A stretch of 56,173 bases of DNA, counting the filler, from Catajapyx aquilonaris (taxonomy: Eukaryota): NCBI GenBank assembly GCA_000934665.2. It is 3 parts of 3 records of this genome, joined end to end, with 100 filler letters (N's around TTAATTAATTAA, not from the genome) between each part and the next. Parts side by side here need not be neighbours in the genome. Positions count along the whole stretch, not along the records: positions 1 to 18,556 come from JYFJ02006660.1; 2 more parts are not named here. One strand, given 5' to 3'. Of the stretch, positions 1-11,153 are shown in pieces (positions within the stretch are counted from its first letter, which is position 1; each line of letters begins with the position of its first letter). The notes under the pieces were generated by a model. That model was given only the letters and a program-made list of their open reading frames with translations, had not been told where the DNA came from and did not search any database. The position numbers were made by a program, and so were the translations under genes.

Positions 1-212
1 AGAGGGGAGAGGAGAGGGGAGAGGGGGGAGGAAAGGAGAGAGGGGGGAGACGCTTGTTCCACGTCACCGCCCAACGGCTTTGTTCCCTGGCTCTCTTGGC
101 TCTCTGGGAAGAACACGGCCTAGGCCTCGCTCCCCTAGCTCCAGTTTGGCTACACACAGCGCGTTTCCTTGCCGGAGACTCCCTTGCTCCAGTCTGAGTG
201 ATCTCCTCCAGC

Positions 213-249
213 ATGCCGCCCACGGGACCCAAGCCCAAGTTTCGGGAAG
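213..249 (+). CDS. MRG15-like gene exon 1 (MPPTGPKPKFRE)
   Basis: ATG at 213; donor GAAG|gtacgt; phase 1. Confidence 0.8.
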
Positions 250-1504
250 GTACGTGCGTTCTTTAGAGCTCGAAAGTGCTGGCTGTAGAATAGAACAATT
301 TTTGGAGGCCATGTTTTGCTCCCCCCCATCCGTCCCCATCTTCCATTGACCTTGCTGGTGCATGAGACTGATTTTTCATTTAATAAAGTTGGCCATGATG
401 GAACAGAGTATTGATGCTGCAGAAGAAAGGTTTTCCCATTCCTTATTGAGTAGGAGTCAGGAATGCGAGACCTACCCTAACAGCTTCTGCCTTCACATTC
501 ACAAGCTCACGAGAACCGAAATGCTTTCTCTGTGCCTGATTCTTGCAAGCTTTGGAACACCTTCATGTTCCAGAAAATAAGGGCGGAAATTTCTGAAAAC
601 TTGCATGCTTATCAAGGGTGATTAGGACTGAACCTAAGGGCCGTTTTCTCGAACAGTGGTTCAAATATAAACCCGGTTCAAAGCAGGGTTTAACCCTTCA
701 CAACAGCCTAACAACAATCAAATCAGAGGGATTAAACTGGCTTTGAACCCGGTTTACATTTGAACCACTGTTCGAGAAAACGGCCCTAAGAGGTGTAGGT
801 TATGCATTGTCATGCATTGCAGTATTAGCCTATTAGGAACCATGTGGAGGTGGCAATTTCGGTAGACTGACTCACTGTGTCTCTGGGCCACTGGCAGCTG
901 TTATTCTAGAGGTTGATCATCAAAAATAGCATCACACACTACTGAGACATCAGATGTTCTGCATCATTTGACATAAGGAATTAACGCTACCCTGCTAGAG
1001 TACTTCAATCAGGCTTTCTTGTGACATATGACATAAAATTATTTTAAATGCACCAGTATTTGTGCAATTTGGGTGCCAATTGAGGTGACATGTTAAATTT
1101 TTGAAATGGATAGCAATTGATGCACTTTCCATGAACACCATGTATTAGTTTTTCAGCAGAATGTATGACTCCATGGGTGCATGAGTTGACAGGAGTGAGC
1201 ATCTGCAAATTTTACTTATACCAATGTGATCTCAATGTCGAAGCACACAGTGTATCTTATGGGAGAGTTCTCTTTAACATGTCAATTGGCAAGAAATTGT
1301 ATTGTCACATTGCCATTGTTGTCATTAATATTGCCAACAGGCATTACCAACAGGGCTAAATGCATATTTGTATGGAGCTCTCTTGAGCATCACTCCCTTA
1401 TTGTGTAACCTGCAACCTTCCAACACTCATGCAAACATTTTTTTAAATTTTTTATTTACATTTCTCCCCCTAGCCCAACTAACTGAACTGGGTCCTAAAT
1501 GACC

Positions 1505-1550
<46 letters not shown>

Positions 1551-2320
1551 GTGTGTTTCTCTTCTACTACCCATGCCATGCAGTGTCTCTTTACTGTACT
1601 TGCGTGGCTTATTGCACTAAAAGTAACTCAACCACATTTCAACCAATGCACCATGGGATACAGTACTTCATGAGATGTTTGGACCAGGAGAAAATCATGA
1701 CCACATTATTATGAGCTACCTTTTACATTGCCATTTTCTGCCTTGTTTCAACTATGAAATTGAGTAATATCTTAATTTTCAGGTGAGCAGGTTCTCTGCT
1801 CATGGGGCTCCCAAATTTACGAAGCAAAAGTTCTGGAGGTCCGCCCAAAGCTCGTATATGTGTGGTATGCACTGCATTTTCCTGGGTGGAGCAAGAAGTA
1901 AGATGACTGATCTGTTCTGACTGAGTGAATGTGCTGACTAAATGTATGCACACTATCTTGCAGATGGGATACTTGGGTGAAGGAGGACAGGCTAATGGAA
2001 TGGAATCCAGATCATCTTAAGAAGCAAAGGGAACTCCCGCAGGCCCAGGGAGCCCACCCGTAAGTAAACGTCTGCTGCAAACCTTTCGATGTAATGTCGT
2101 TTTTTTTAGATCTTGAGAATTTATTAGTCATAACTACTTACAGATTTAGGCCCCAAAAATCTTGAAAATGAGGATTTCCAATACCAAAATTAAGGGTACC
2201 ACCTGCTTCAAATCTTTGGTGAGAAAAGCGAATTTTAAATGCTAAAATACATTTATCTGGGTCAGATCTTTTCCTACCACACCAATAATTTTTTGTATTA
2301 GAAAATGGATTTCATTACAT

Positions 2321-2379
<59 letters not shown>

Positions 2380-2434
2380 TCATCATCATCATCATCATCA
2401 TATGTAATGAAATCCATGATGATGATGATGATGA

Positions 2435-2499
<65 letters not shown>

Positions 2500-4213
2500 T
2501 CAAATAGTGCTTTTCCCCTGGGTGCATAATAATCTCAATGAATCCCTCCTGAGACTTAGCCAGAGATGACCCAAATCCACAAGATATGAAAGGGGCTGCC
2601 TATTCTCCACTTAGGGTTTTCTACCTATTTGACCAAGCATTAATTTAATGATTTACATCATTTAGCCATCACATTTTTTCTAGTGGTGATAGGTGATAGG
2701 CAATTTCAGTAGTGCAAAGCGTTTCATTGCAATCTATTCTATGCTATAGCATCGAATGTGGCATGACAGAGACAGGCTTGTGGCTAGTGTTAATGGAAAC
2801 CTTGGGTAGCATCAGAATGATAGTACAATTGAAGACCTGAATTGCAAGAGGTCCCAAGTCCGTCCAGGAATGAAAACTTTTCAGGAGAGCCAAAAAATCG
2901 TACAACCTCCCTCCTTCTGATCTTCTCTATCTTGGCAAACAGTGAATCGCAAGGTAAAAAACTGTGCCCACTTGTTGGAAAATAGTGGTGCACAGTACTA
3001 AACCTGCCTTCCTGCATGGAAAAACATCACATGTCCATTGAAGTGGGATATTCCATGCAGCAGGAACCAAGGATAGCCAAAATTCCGTGATTCCTTGTGG
3101 TCTTGGGATGATTTTGCATGCGGGCCAGATGAGTTCTTTGCTATAGAACAACTTGGCGACAAAAAAGCAAATTGACAGAAAAATGGACTTGGGACCTTTT
3201 GCAATTCAGGTCTTCAATTGGTGACAATTTCAATATTCACCCCTTGACCATTTTTGGCACAACTGCCTGAAAGCAACAGGATATGGGATGGGTTTTTGCA
3301 GGATTCAATATAAAGCAAGGCACTGGTGGCTTGCTTTCAATGTTCATGGAGAATGCACTTGAATAAACCTTGCACTTCAAGCCATGATTTGTATTGCTAA
3401 TGCATATTGAATTATGAATGTTTATGCAGCAACTGGTTCTGACCATTGTATTTCAGGGAGAAGGTTGAACCCACAAAGAGAAAGAATACGAGTGGACATG
3501 ACTCTCAATCATCACAGAAGAAACGAAAAGGAGTTGAGAAAGCAGTCCCATCACCTGCATCTCTTTCCAATACATCATATCAACTATCTCCTGGATCATT
3601 TCCTAGTACTTCGACATCTAAACCAACTCCACCGCATAAGCCAGCTTCAGTGAGGTTGAGGGGACGAGTTCAGAGAGCAGTGGCATCCCCTCCATCCGGT
3701 CCAAGTACATCAAAAGGTGAACCTAGGCTGTCGCCTAAGGCAGCGTCAGGTGCTAAAGCTGCATCTACGCTTCGTGCTAAGGCCATGAGGAAGAGGTTGT
3801 TGAGTTTCACCAAAACCTCCAAGCTTGGAAAGGGGGCCTCAAGTTCAAGTTCAATCTCAAGTTCGAGTTCAAGCTCTGTGCTCAGATCCTCTATGGGGAA
3901 AGGTGAAGCCTCATCTCAAGCCTCCAGTTCTAGCTCACCCTCAAGAAACACTAGGCTGTCGCCTAAGGCAGCGTCAGGTGCTAAAGCTGCATCTACGCTT
4001 CGTGCTAAGGCCATGAGGAAGAGGTTGTTGAGTTTCACCAAAACCTCCAAGCTTGGAAAGGGGGCCTCAAGTTCAATCTCAAGTTCCTCAAGTTCGAGTT
4101 CAAGCTCTGTGCTCAGATCCTCTATGGGGAAAGGTGAAGCCTCCTCTCAAGCCTCCAGTTCTAGCTCACCCTCAAGAAACACAGCAGCTTCCTCTGACAG
4201 CACAACCAGATAA
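213..4213 (+). CDS. MRG15/MORF4L1-like chromo-barrel (Tudor-knot) protein with Ser/Lys/Arg-rich tail and no MRG domain; 4 coding exons, about 334 aa
   Basis: Exons 213-249, 1783-1897, 1964-2059, 3457-4213; all GT-AG with phases 1,2,2; total 1005 nt. Spliced N-terminus MPPTGPKPKFREGEQVLCSWGSQIYEAKVLEVRPKLVYVWYALHFPGWSKKWDTWVKEDRLMEWNPDHLKKQREL resembles MRG15 (MAPKQDPKPKFQEGERVLCFHG..YEAK..HYSGWNKNWDEWV..LQKQREL). Confidence 0.85.
638..786. mobile_element. PIF/Harbinger (Tourist-like) MITE
   Basis: Long TIRs GGGCCGTTTTCTCGAACAGTGGTTCAAAT.../...ATTTGAACCACTGTTCGAGAAAACGGCCC flanked by TAA on both sides. Confidence 0.85.
1507..1546. repeat. (CT)n microsatellite
   Basis: About 20 CT units. Confidence 0.95.
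1783..1897 (+). CDS. MRG15-like gene exon 2 (chromo barrel core GEQVLC..YEAK..HFPGWSK)
   Basis: Acceptor ttttcag|, donor AA|gtaaga; chromo-barrel motif. Confidence 0.9.
1964..2059 (+). CDS. MRG15-like gene exon 3 (WDTWVKEDRL..KKQREL)
   Basis: Acceptor cttgcag|, donor CC|gtaagt; WDxW motif. Confidence 0.9.
2305..2498. repeat. Inverted (GAT)n/(ATC)n trinucleotide repeat complex
   Basis: GAT runs directly followed by CAT runs, twice, with unique arms ATGGATTTCATTACAT / ATGTAATGAAATCCAT. Confidence 0.95.
2790..3200 (-). mobile_element. Degenerate DDE/D DNA-transposase fragment (Sola-like) in intron 3 of the MRG15-like gene
   Basis: Peptide HHYFPTSGHSFLPCDSLFAKIEK matches the GHSFLPCDxxF..IEK motif of arthropod Sola-type transposases; flanked by stops and frameshifts. 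Confidence 0.55.
3457..4213 (+). CDS. MRG15-like gene terminal exon 4 (low-complexity basic Ser-rich tail)
   Basis: Acceptor tatttcag|G joins exon 3 in frame to ORF 3446-4213; TAA at 4211-4213; AATAAA downstream near 4455. Confidence 0.75.
3723..4181 (+). repeat. Frame-preserving tandem duplication (228/231 nt) inside coding exon 4
   Basis: CTAGGCTGTCGCCTAAGG starts at 3723 and 3951; copies near-identical apart from the Ser run. Confidence 0.95.
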
Positions 4214-4611
4214 ATCAGGTTTGTACTGTACTGTTCTGAACTAGAGAAGTGAATTTGGTGGGTGTTCCCCAGGGAAAGGACACTGGCAAGGATTGTACTG
4301 TAGGAAATCTACAAGATACTTATTTTGGTTTGGCAACTGAAATTTCTGTGCAGAGAGTGAGAGGTTATAATTATTATGTACAGAATGAGTCATAAAAATC
4401 AAACTGACACATTTGGCTGTAGATTGCACATGGCAGCAGTAATTGACTAGAACTAATAAAAAGGCACTTGATGCATGTGTCTCGTGGAGTGGAAGTAGTG
4501 ACTGTTGAAATTTTTATTAAATTATTATTCAATATATTCATTCTGCGAACACACAAGGTAGGAAACTGCCTAGGCATGTTTCATTTGATCTACTTTTGAG
4601 CCACTCATATA

Positions 4612-5327
4612 CGAGGTCGGTTTGAAAAGTTTTGCCTCCTATGCGATAACTTCGATAATACGCAAGATAATCAAATAAACTGTAAGTCTGGTAAAAGCTT
4701 GGAATGTCCTCTACCAGGCAGGGGGTGTCATTACTTATGCACTAGTCACCATCTCTATATCCACACGCATGCACCAACGTCTGACCAGTTGTTGCATCTG
4801 GTTGGAGAAGAAATCTTCTCCTGGCACCAGCAATGGGCATCTGGGTGCACCTCCACATCACTGGTGTAATGGTGAACCTTCAGATGTTCTTTCAGCTTTG
4901 TGAAAAGAAAAAAGTCGCAAGTTAAGAGATCCTGGTTGTATGACAATCGTACACCATGACAACGCTCGTCCACGCATGTGTCGACAAACGCAGGATGCAT
5001 TGCAGCATCAGACCACCACAGAGTCAGTATCTCTCACCTTGCGACTTTTTCCTTTTCGAGAAGCTGAAATCACACCTGAAGGGACACCATTATACCAGTG
5101 ATGTGGAGGTGCAATCAGATGTCCATTGCTGGTGGTGAGAGGAGATGCCTGATTTCTTCTCCGACCGGTTGCAACAACTGGTCCGATGTTGGCACACGTG
5201 TGTGGATAGTAATGAAACCCCCTGGTAGAGGACATTCCAAGCTTTCGCCAGACATTCAGTTGATGTAATTATCTGGTGTATTATTGAAATTATCACCTAC
5301 GAGGCAAAACTTTTCAAACCTACCTCG
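4612..5327. mobile_element. Non-autonomous mariner derivative built from two inverted 3' halves
   Basis: TA target duplication; TIR CGAGGTCGGTTTGAAAAGTTTTGCCTC; (S)PCDFFLFxKLKxHLK motif on both strands; HDNARP motif near 4955 on +. Confidence 0.9.
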
Positions 5328-5827
5328 TACATGCAGTGTGCATGCTCCACTGGAACATTTGCACTACAGTATGATTAGGGCCAAAAGGTGACATCTTATT
5401 GCTGAATATTGCTGAGGTGAATTTTATGCTGAAAATTGAATGCGGCTTTGCACAGAGAAACCGTGTAATTCTGACACTACTGGTTACAAATAACAAATAA
5501 CTTCTGTCATGGGGTATTTAACAGATTCATAGCTACAAGCAGAGCTATTATTGCAGGTGCATTTGTGAATGATTGTGATAAGACTTTTGAGTAGCAGTAG
5601 AAAATTTCATTTGCCACCAGTGTCATATTTCTCAGGTTGCTGGTCGCTTCCATGTACCAATGGCTGTGTTCCACATAGCATTTCATGACCGAATACAAGT
5701 ATATGCAGTGTAAGTGTGGCAACATTTGCTTTCATCAACGGCTTTCATTCGGTCAAATGTTCTATGTTGCATATTCTTTTACTTCCATTGCTCAATTTTA
5801 TAACTATGATGTAGTGTTCTTTGATGC

Positions 5828-5870
5828 TGCTTGAACCTGCTTGAACCTGCTTGAACCTGCTTGAACCTGC
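5828..5870. repeat. 10-nt tandem repeat (TGCTTGAACC)x4
   Basis: Direct reading. Confidence 0.9.
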
Positions 5871-8598
5871 AGTTGCATGGTAAAAATAGCTGCAGTTTGC
5901 CCTGCAATATATTCGATGAAATATGGTGTGGATCTGCCACGTCCAATACAGTAGTAAGAAATACCAATTGCAGGGGGTTGGAATATTAGGATGAAAAGGT
6001 GCAATTTGCACTCCAAAATTGAAGTGTTTCTCTGAAGAATCCCATATGTCAAGTGACAACAATTTTTCCGGAAACAAAAAAAACTGCCTATGGGTCATAC
6101 TGATTGACTTAGCCAGTCTGTTTTTTTTATTTTAGTGTATATGATAGACACTTGCATTCAACTATGCAAATTAAACACTACAATGTTATTTTAAATGTTC
6201 ATGATCTTAATTTGAAAATTGTGACATGGGATTTTTCCGGAATTATCACAAACACTACCTTATTTTCATGGAAATACGTACTTATATTAGCTTGTATGCA
6301 TAGATATATCGATGACACCAATTTCCTCATCATTTGGAAGGATAGAATGTCCTCTTATCAGACACAAGGTTATTGCAGTGCACCATCATGTAGATTGTAG
6401 AGGAACCAGACAACTGATAAAACTTTTCAGCTTTAGCAATAAACTTTAGCAATAAACAAGATGCAGTTCCTTTTCCTGCATGAGCTTGGAATTTTCCGTT
6501 TTATCGACACACTCTGCAATCCTGTACACAAAGTTGTTGCATGTACTGCATGTACTGACAAATAGTCTACTACGCACTACAAGTATACTCTCCACCTTTC
6601 CGCTTAGGTCAGGTCCTAATGATGAGTTGAATCATATTACTCTTGATTTTCTAATTTTAGAGTACAAGTTCTCCAGCCTCTAGGTTCGTATGGTATTTTT
6701 ATATACATATTAATTTAACAAAAAAACAGCCAGTCCCATGGGGCCCCTATACTCCTGCCCCCCCCCCNCCCCCCCCTCCCCGGCAACTGCCCAGCTAGCC
6801 CATACGGTAAGACGGGACTGGCTAAACCCAGTAATTAAAAATTTCCACTCCAAGAAAACAATTCACACTCCAGATAAAGTTTGGGGTGCAAACTTTGCAC
6901 ATGGACCGAAAATTTAAGATTCAAATAATTGCAGGGGTCGAATCTTAAATTTTTTGTCGATGTGCAAAGTTGCAATTATTTTAACCACTACCAAATGCAA
7001 CCCTAATCTGATATCCTGTTCCAGTGGCAAACATTGCACTGTGTGCGAGTCCTGGCTACCTGGCAACCTCCCCTCCCCTTCCCTTTCTCATGTTTAAGGG
7101 GGTCAGGACTGCCCAAAACCTGCTTTGTCTCTCTTTCCAGATGATACCTCCCAGAGCGCCCCTTGCTTCAAGACATGTCCAAGAAGATCAGGTGGCTGAG
7201 CCACATTTTTATATAACTTCCATTTTGGTTAAAAGCACTCAGTGAAAAGTTGATCCATTCCCCTTCTATGTTTGGGGTCTAAGAGTGTTGTGTGCTTGAA
7301 CTGATATGTTTTAACGTGGAGTTTCACATTTTAAATGTTGCCAGGTCGTGATAATGTACCGTTCTGGAAGAGGTGTAAGCTGAGCTGTGATGTTCTCATT
7401 GAATGCAAGCAGGGAAAAAAAATTGTTTAAGTTGAAAGCATATAGTTAAAGTGAAACTTTTTATTATGGTATTTTGTGTGCAATCTTGCAAGTTCCATAG
7501 CATTCCTTTAGTTATTAGTAGTTAATTCCAAGACTGTTGCCAAAAGAATGTTGGAAAAAAAAGGCATCAGGACTGACCTGATCAGTTACTACTAGTAGTG
7601 TGATCTTACATGAAGCCTTCACAGATACTGGTCATGTGAGTTGCATGATGCATCTTTTAAGTACATTTGTAAACACTGCCAGCAAAACATTAAGATTCCA
7701 GCACATTAAAAAATTTATACTAAATAAATTATTATGAACAGTTAAGTTCCATATTTTGGGAATGAACCTAGACCAGCGGTTCTCAAACTTTTCCACATCG
7801 GCCCCCCCTAGAAAGTAATTTCAGATTTCAATTAAACTTACCATTCCGTCAGTGAACTGTTTTTTGTTTTTTCCCAAAACTGATGGAATCTTAATGTTTT
7901 CATCGTAACCATTCAACATTGTTTCAAGTAAAAATAAGGAAACAAATACAAATTGTTTATTTTTTCCATTTCCTGTCATCACTAATAATAATAAGTACCT
8001 ACTCATACTTATGTTAACCAAGTTATTCAGTGAATAGCTGGTCATTCCCATTCTGTGTTTTGGGGTCTTATCTGTTGTGTTGTGTGCCTCAATTGATGTT
8101 CTTATGTGGAGTTTCACTATTTTCAATGTTGCCAGCGCATCATAATTTACCATTCAAAAAATAGCTGTAATTTTAGCTTGTAGATGCATTTTTTCGGCAT
8201 TTTACATTCAAAGGACCACCACGAGTTAAAATTATTGCGATATGCTGCAAAAACCTGAAAGGTACCATAGTATGGGGTGACTTCTGGCGCTTTTTGCCAG
8301 TTTCTCAGCTGTCCCATGAAGACATATTGGTGGAAAATTCAGAATAAATTAACTTAAACAGTAGGAAATGTCCTTTATTGAATACCATAACAATTATTCA
8401 CATAAAAGTTGTTTTTTTGATCCTAAAATATATCATACTTGCTGTTCGGAGTCACCCCACTCAGTGTGGTGTCTTCGGGCACCCCTTTATTTCACGTTGT
8501 AGGATGGGTCCACACATTAATGGTGCAGCCTTGGACATGTATTCATGCTTTTAAAAACTCAAAAAGGTCACCTCCAAATAAATGGTGTTGGTACAGTA

Positions 8599-8760
8599 CA
8601 GTGTCAGACATTAATCGAGACATACTGCTAGGGACATTTTCCAAAGCGGCAGAAGAATGAATCTTCCTCGTATAGCTTGCACTATCCATATCTTCTATTT
8701 GTTCTTGTGCGGCTGTGGAAAATGTCGCTAGCAGTATGACGCGATTAATGTCCAACACTG
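8599..8760. mobile_element. Tc1/mariner-type MITE (short copy)
   Basis: TA-flanked TIR CAGTGT..GACATTAATCG.GACATACTGCTAG; same family as 13524-14036. Confidence 0.75.
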
Positions 8761-9484
8761 TACCAATACCTGCTGTATCTCACAAGGGACACACATATTT
8801 TATACAACAGATATGAACAGCTGTATTGGCATATTCATTCCACATGAGCATCATTGATGTCACTAAAGATAGAACACCCTCTGTGAAGGACTCTGATCTT
8901 CGCCAATTTGCAAACAACCTGGGTCACTATAAGACCTTGGTGTCCAGATACTGATGATTCATGTTGGTGAAAGAAACATAATTCTTCTTCCACCAACTTT
9001 TTTTTGCACATGAATTTGACCTGGAACTGTTTTTTGATGCCGACTCAGCACACTGGACTAACCCTGCACTCAGTTTCTTTTCCTCCTCGAAAGTTAATAC
9101 AGGTTGCCCTCTGTGTTTCTTAGCATGCTTGTTTCAAACCATGTCTGAAATGGTGCTGCATGGGACCTGTGTCTTTTAGGCTGATTTTTAGCTGCCCTGA
9201 TGTAAAGAACTTTGCATTTCTCATCGGTCAAAGCCCATTCACGGTCCTCAGACTTGTAGGGTTCGTAAGACCCCCCCCCACCCCCCCCCACCCCCAACTC
9301 TGCTGTACTTCTTACCCATATCCGAAGTCACTCCACAAAATTACAGAAAGGTACGAAACGTATAGAATTTACAACCCTGAATATTTGTTTCAACCAATAC
9401 TCTGGGACAAAGGAGAGGACTCATGACACTACAAATCAGCTGTGGTGCAGTTTACATCCATGCAGTAGGGAAGTGTGGGCACTA

Positions 9485-10494
9485 CTATCCGTTTATTTAA
9501 CATAGAGCCCTGTGTTTGACTCTAAATAACTCCCAGGCAAATTATCCAAAAAAATGAAGTTATACATCGTTCGAAAGCTTGTTTAAATACACGTTACATA
9601 TATGCGAGTTGTTTTCCTATCGTCAGTCTCTAATTTTTCATCTTAAAAAGAAGGTGGAAAAGTGTCATTTTTTGCCTAGTTGCCAACGTTGCACCGCAAA
9701 GTGAATTTTTTATGACACTTTCAGGAGGTCAAAAAAATCCCCCTGTGAACCCTGGGTAGTGCACATCTTTGTCTATCTAATGATATATTTGAAACATTGA
9801 GATCGTCACTTCTGTAATCATAATTAAGTTAATTGCACACCTCTGTTATCTCGGCCGTTTATAATCCGAATTACTTCGCGAATGTATCGACGGCAAGCCA
9901 GAAATGTGCGTGATAAGATTACATTGTGCTCTATTACACTAAAAATTTTAAAAGTATTGTTTTAGTAAGTTTAATAGAAAAGGACTCCGCCCGCTTTCTG
10001 GCGGGAATAGACGGCGATACTTTTAAATACGTTTAAAATTTTTAGTGTAATAGAGCACAATGTAATCTTATCACACACATTTCTGGCTTGCCGTCGATAC
10101 ATTCGCGAAGTAATTCGGATTATAAACGGCCGAGATAACAGAGGTGTGCAATTAACTTAATTATCATTACAGAAGTGACGATCTCAATGTTTCAAATATA
10201 TCATTAGATAGACAAAGATGTGCCCAGGGTTCACAGGGGGATTTTTTTGGCCTCCTGAAAGTGTCATAAAAAATTCACTTTGCGGTGCAACGTTGGCAAC
10301 TAGGCAAAAAATGACACTTTTCCGCCTTCTTTTTACGATAAAAAATTAGAGACTGACGATAGGAAAACAACTCGCATATATGTAACGCAGATTTAAACAA
10401 GCTTTCAAACGATGTATAACTTTATTTTTTTGGATAATTTGCCTGGGAGTTATTTAGAGTCAAACACAGGGCTCTATATTAAATAAACGGATAG
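9485..10494. mobile_element. 1-kb fold-back DNA transposon (about 470-nt inverted arms, TA target duplication)
   Basis: CTATCCGTTTATTTAA...TTAAATAAACGGATAG; arms near-identical, spacer about 9960-10015; inserted in acTAgt. Confidence 0.9.
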
Positions 10495-10712
10495 TAGTTA
10501 CTTTGACACATATCCAAATGTATGTCATTTTTGAGTAGGGAAAGAACATGTGTAAGAAGTACTCTCAATGTGCATCTGGCTTGCCCTAGTTGCTCATGTT
10601 GTATTCTGCAGCTCTCGAACCCACTCCCAATAAGTGTCCACACTGACCCAAGCCAAGAAAAGTGTAAGCATCTGAAGTCACCCCATTCTATGGTATTCTC
10701 TCTGACCTTATA

Positions 10713-11153
10713 CAGGGTGAAGGGAAACTCGAGGATAATCGCCAGGTAGACTGATAGTACTCGCAAAACTAATAATCTAGGGATGTGCAATTAGTTTTTG
10801 GCTCCGTTGCATAGTTAATGCATACAGCGCCTTTAAAGTGTAGAGGGCCGGATTGTAAAATATTAGGCAAAAACGACCAAGTGCATGGGTGTCGTACCCG
10901 GATTCTGACTAGATTTGATCACCTATTTCACATGGACGATGTGTTATGGACCCAAGGCTGGATTGTTCGGAGGCCCTCAGGCTGGCTTTTGCTTCTTTGA
11001 AGCTGGCGGAATGGATGTGACATCACGAAACTTTGGCGGCGCCGTATGCATCAACTATGCAACAGCGTCCAAAACTAATTGCACATCCCTATATTAGTTT
11101 TGCAAGTACCATCAGTCTACCTGGTGGTTGTCCATGAGTTTCCCTTCACCCTG
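10713..11153. mobile_element. Tc1/mariner MITE interrupted by a hAT-like MITE
   Basis: TA|CAGGGTGAAGGGAAACTC ... GAGTTTCCCTTCACCCTG|TA. Confidence 0.85.
10778..11091. mobile_element. hAT-like MITE nested in the previous element
   Basis: TIR TAGGGATGTGCAATTAGTTTT / AAAACTAATTGCACATCCCTA; 8-bp TSD only partly conserved. Confidence 0.7.

Larger units (their letters stand above)
8265..10693. mobile_element. Old Tc1/pogo-like TIR element hosting nested MITEs
   Basis: TA|CCATAGTATGGGGTGACTTC ... GAAGTCACCCCATTCTATGG|TA; pairing of the two ends is inferred. Confidence 0.55.

Noticed and set aside
2305..2529. Poly-Asp/poly-His ORFs on both strands
   Set aside because: Translation of the GAT/CAT microsatellite inside an intron
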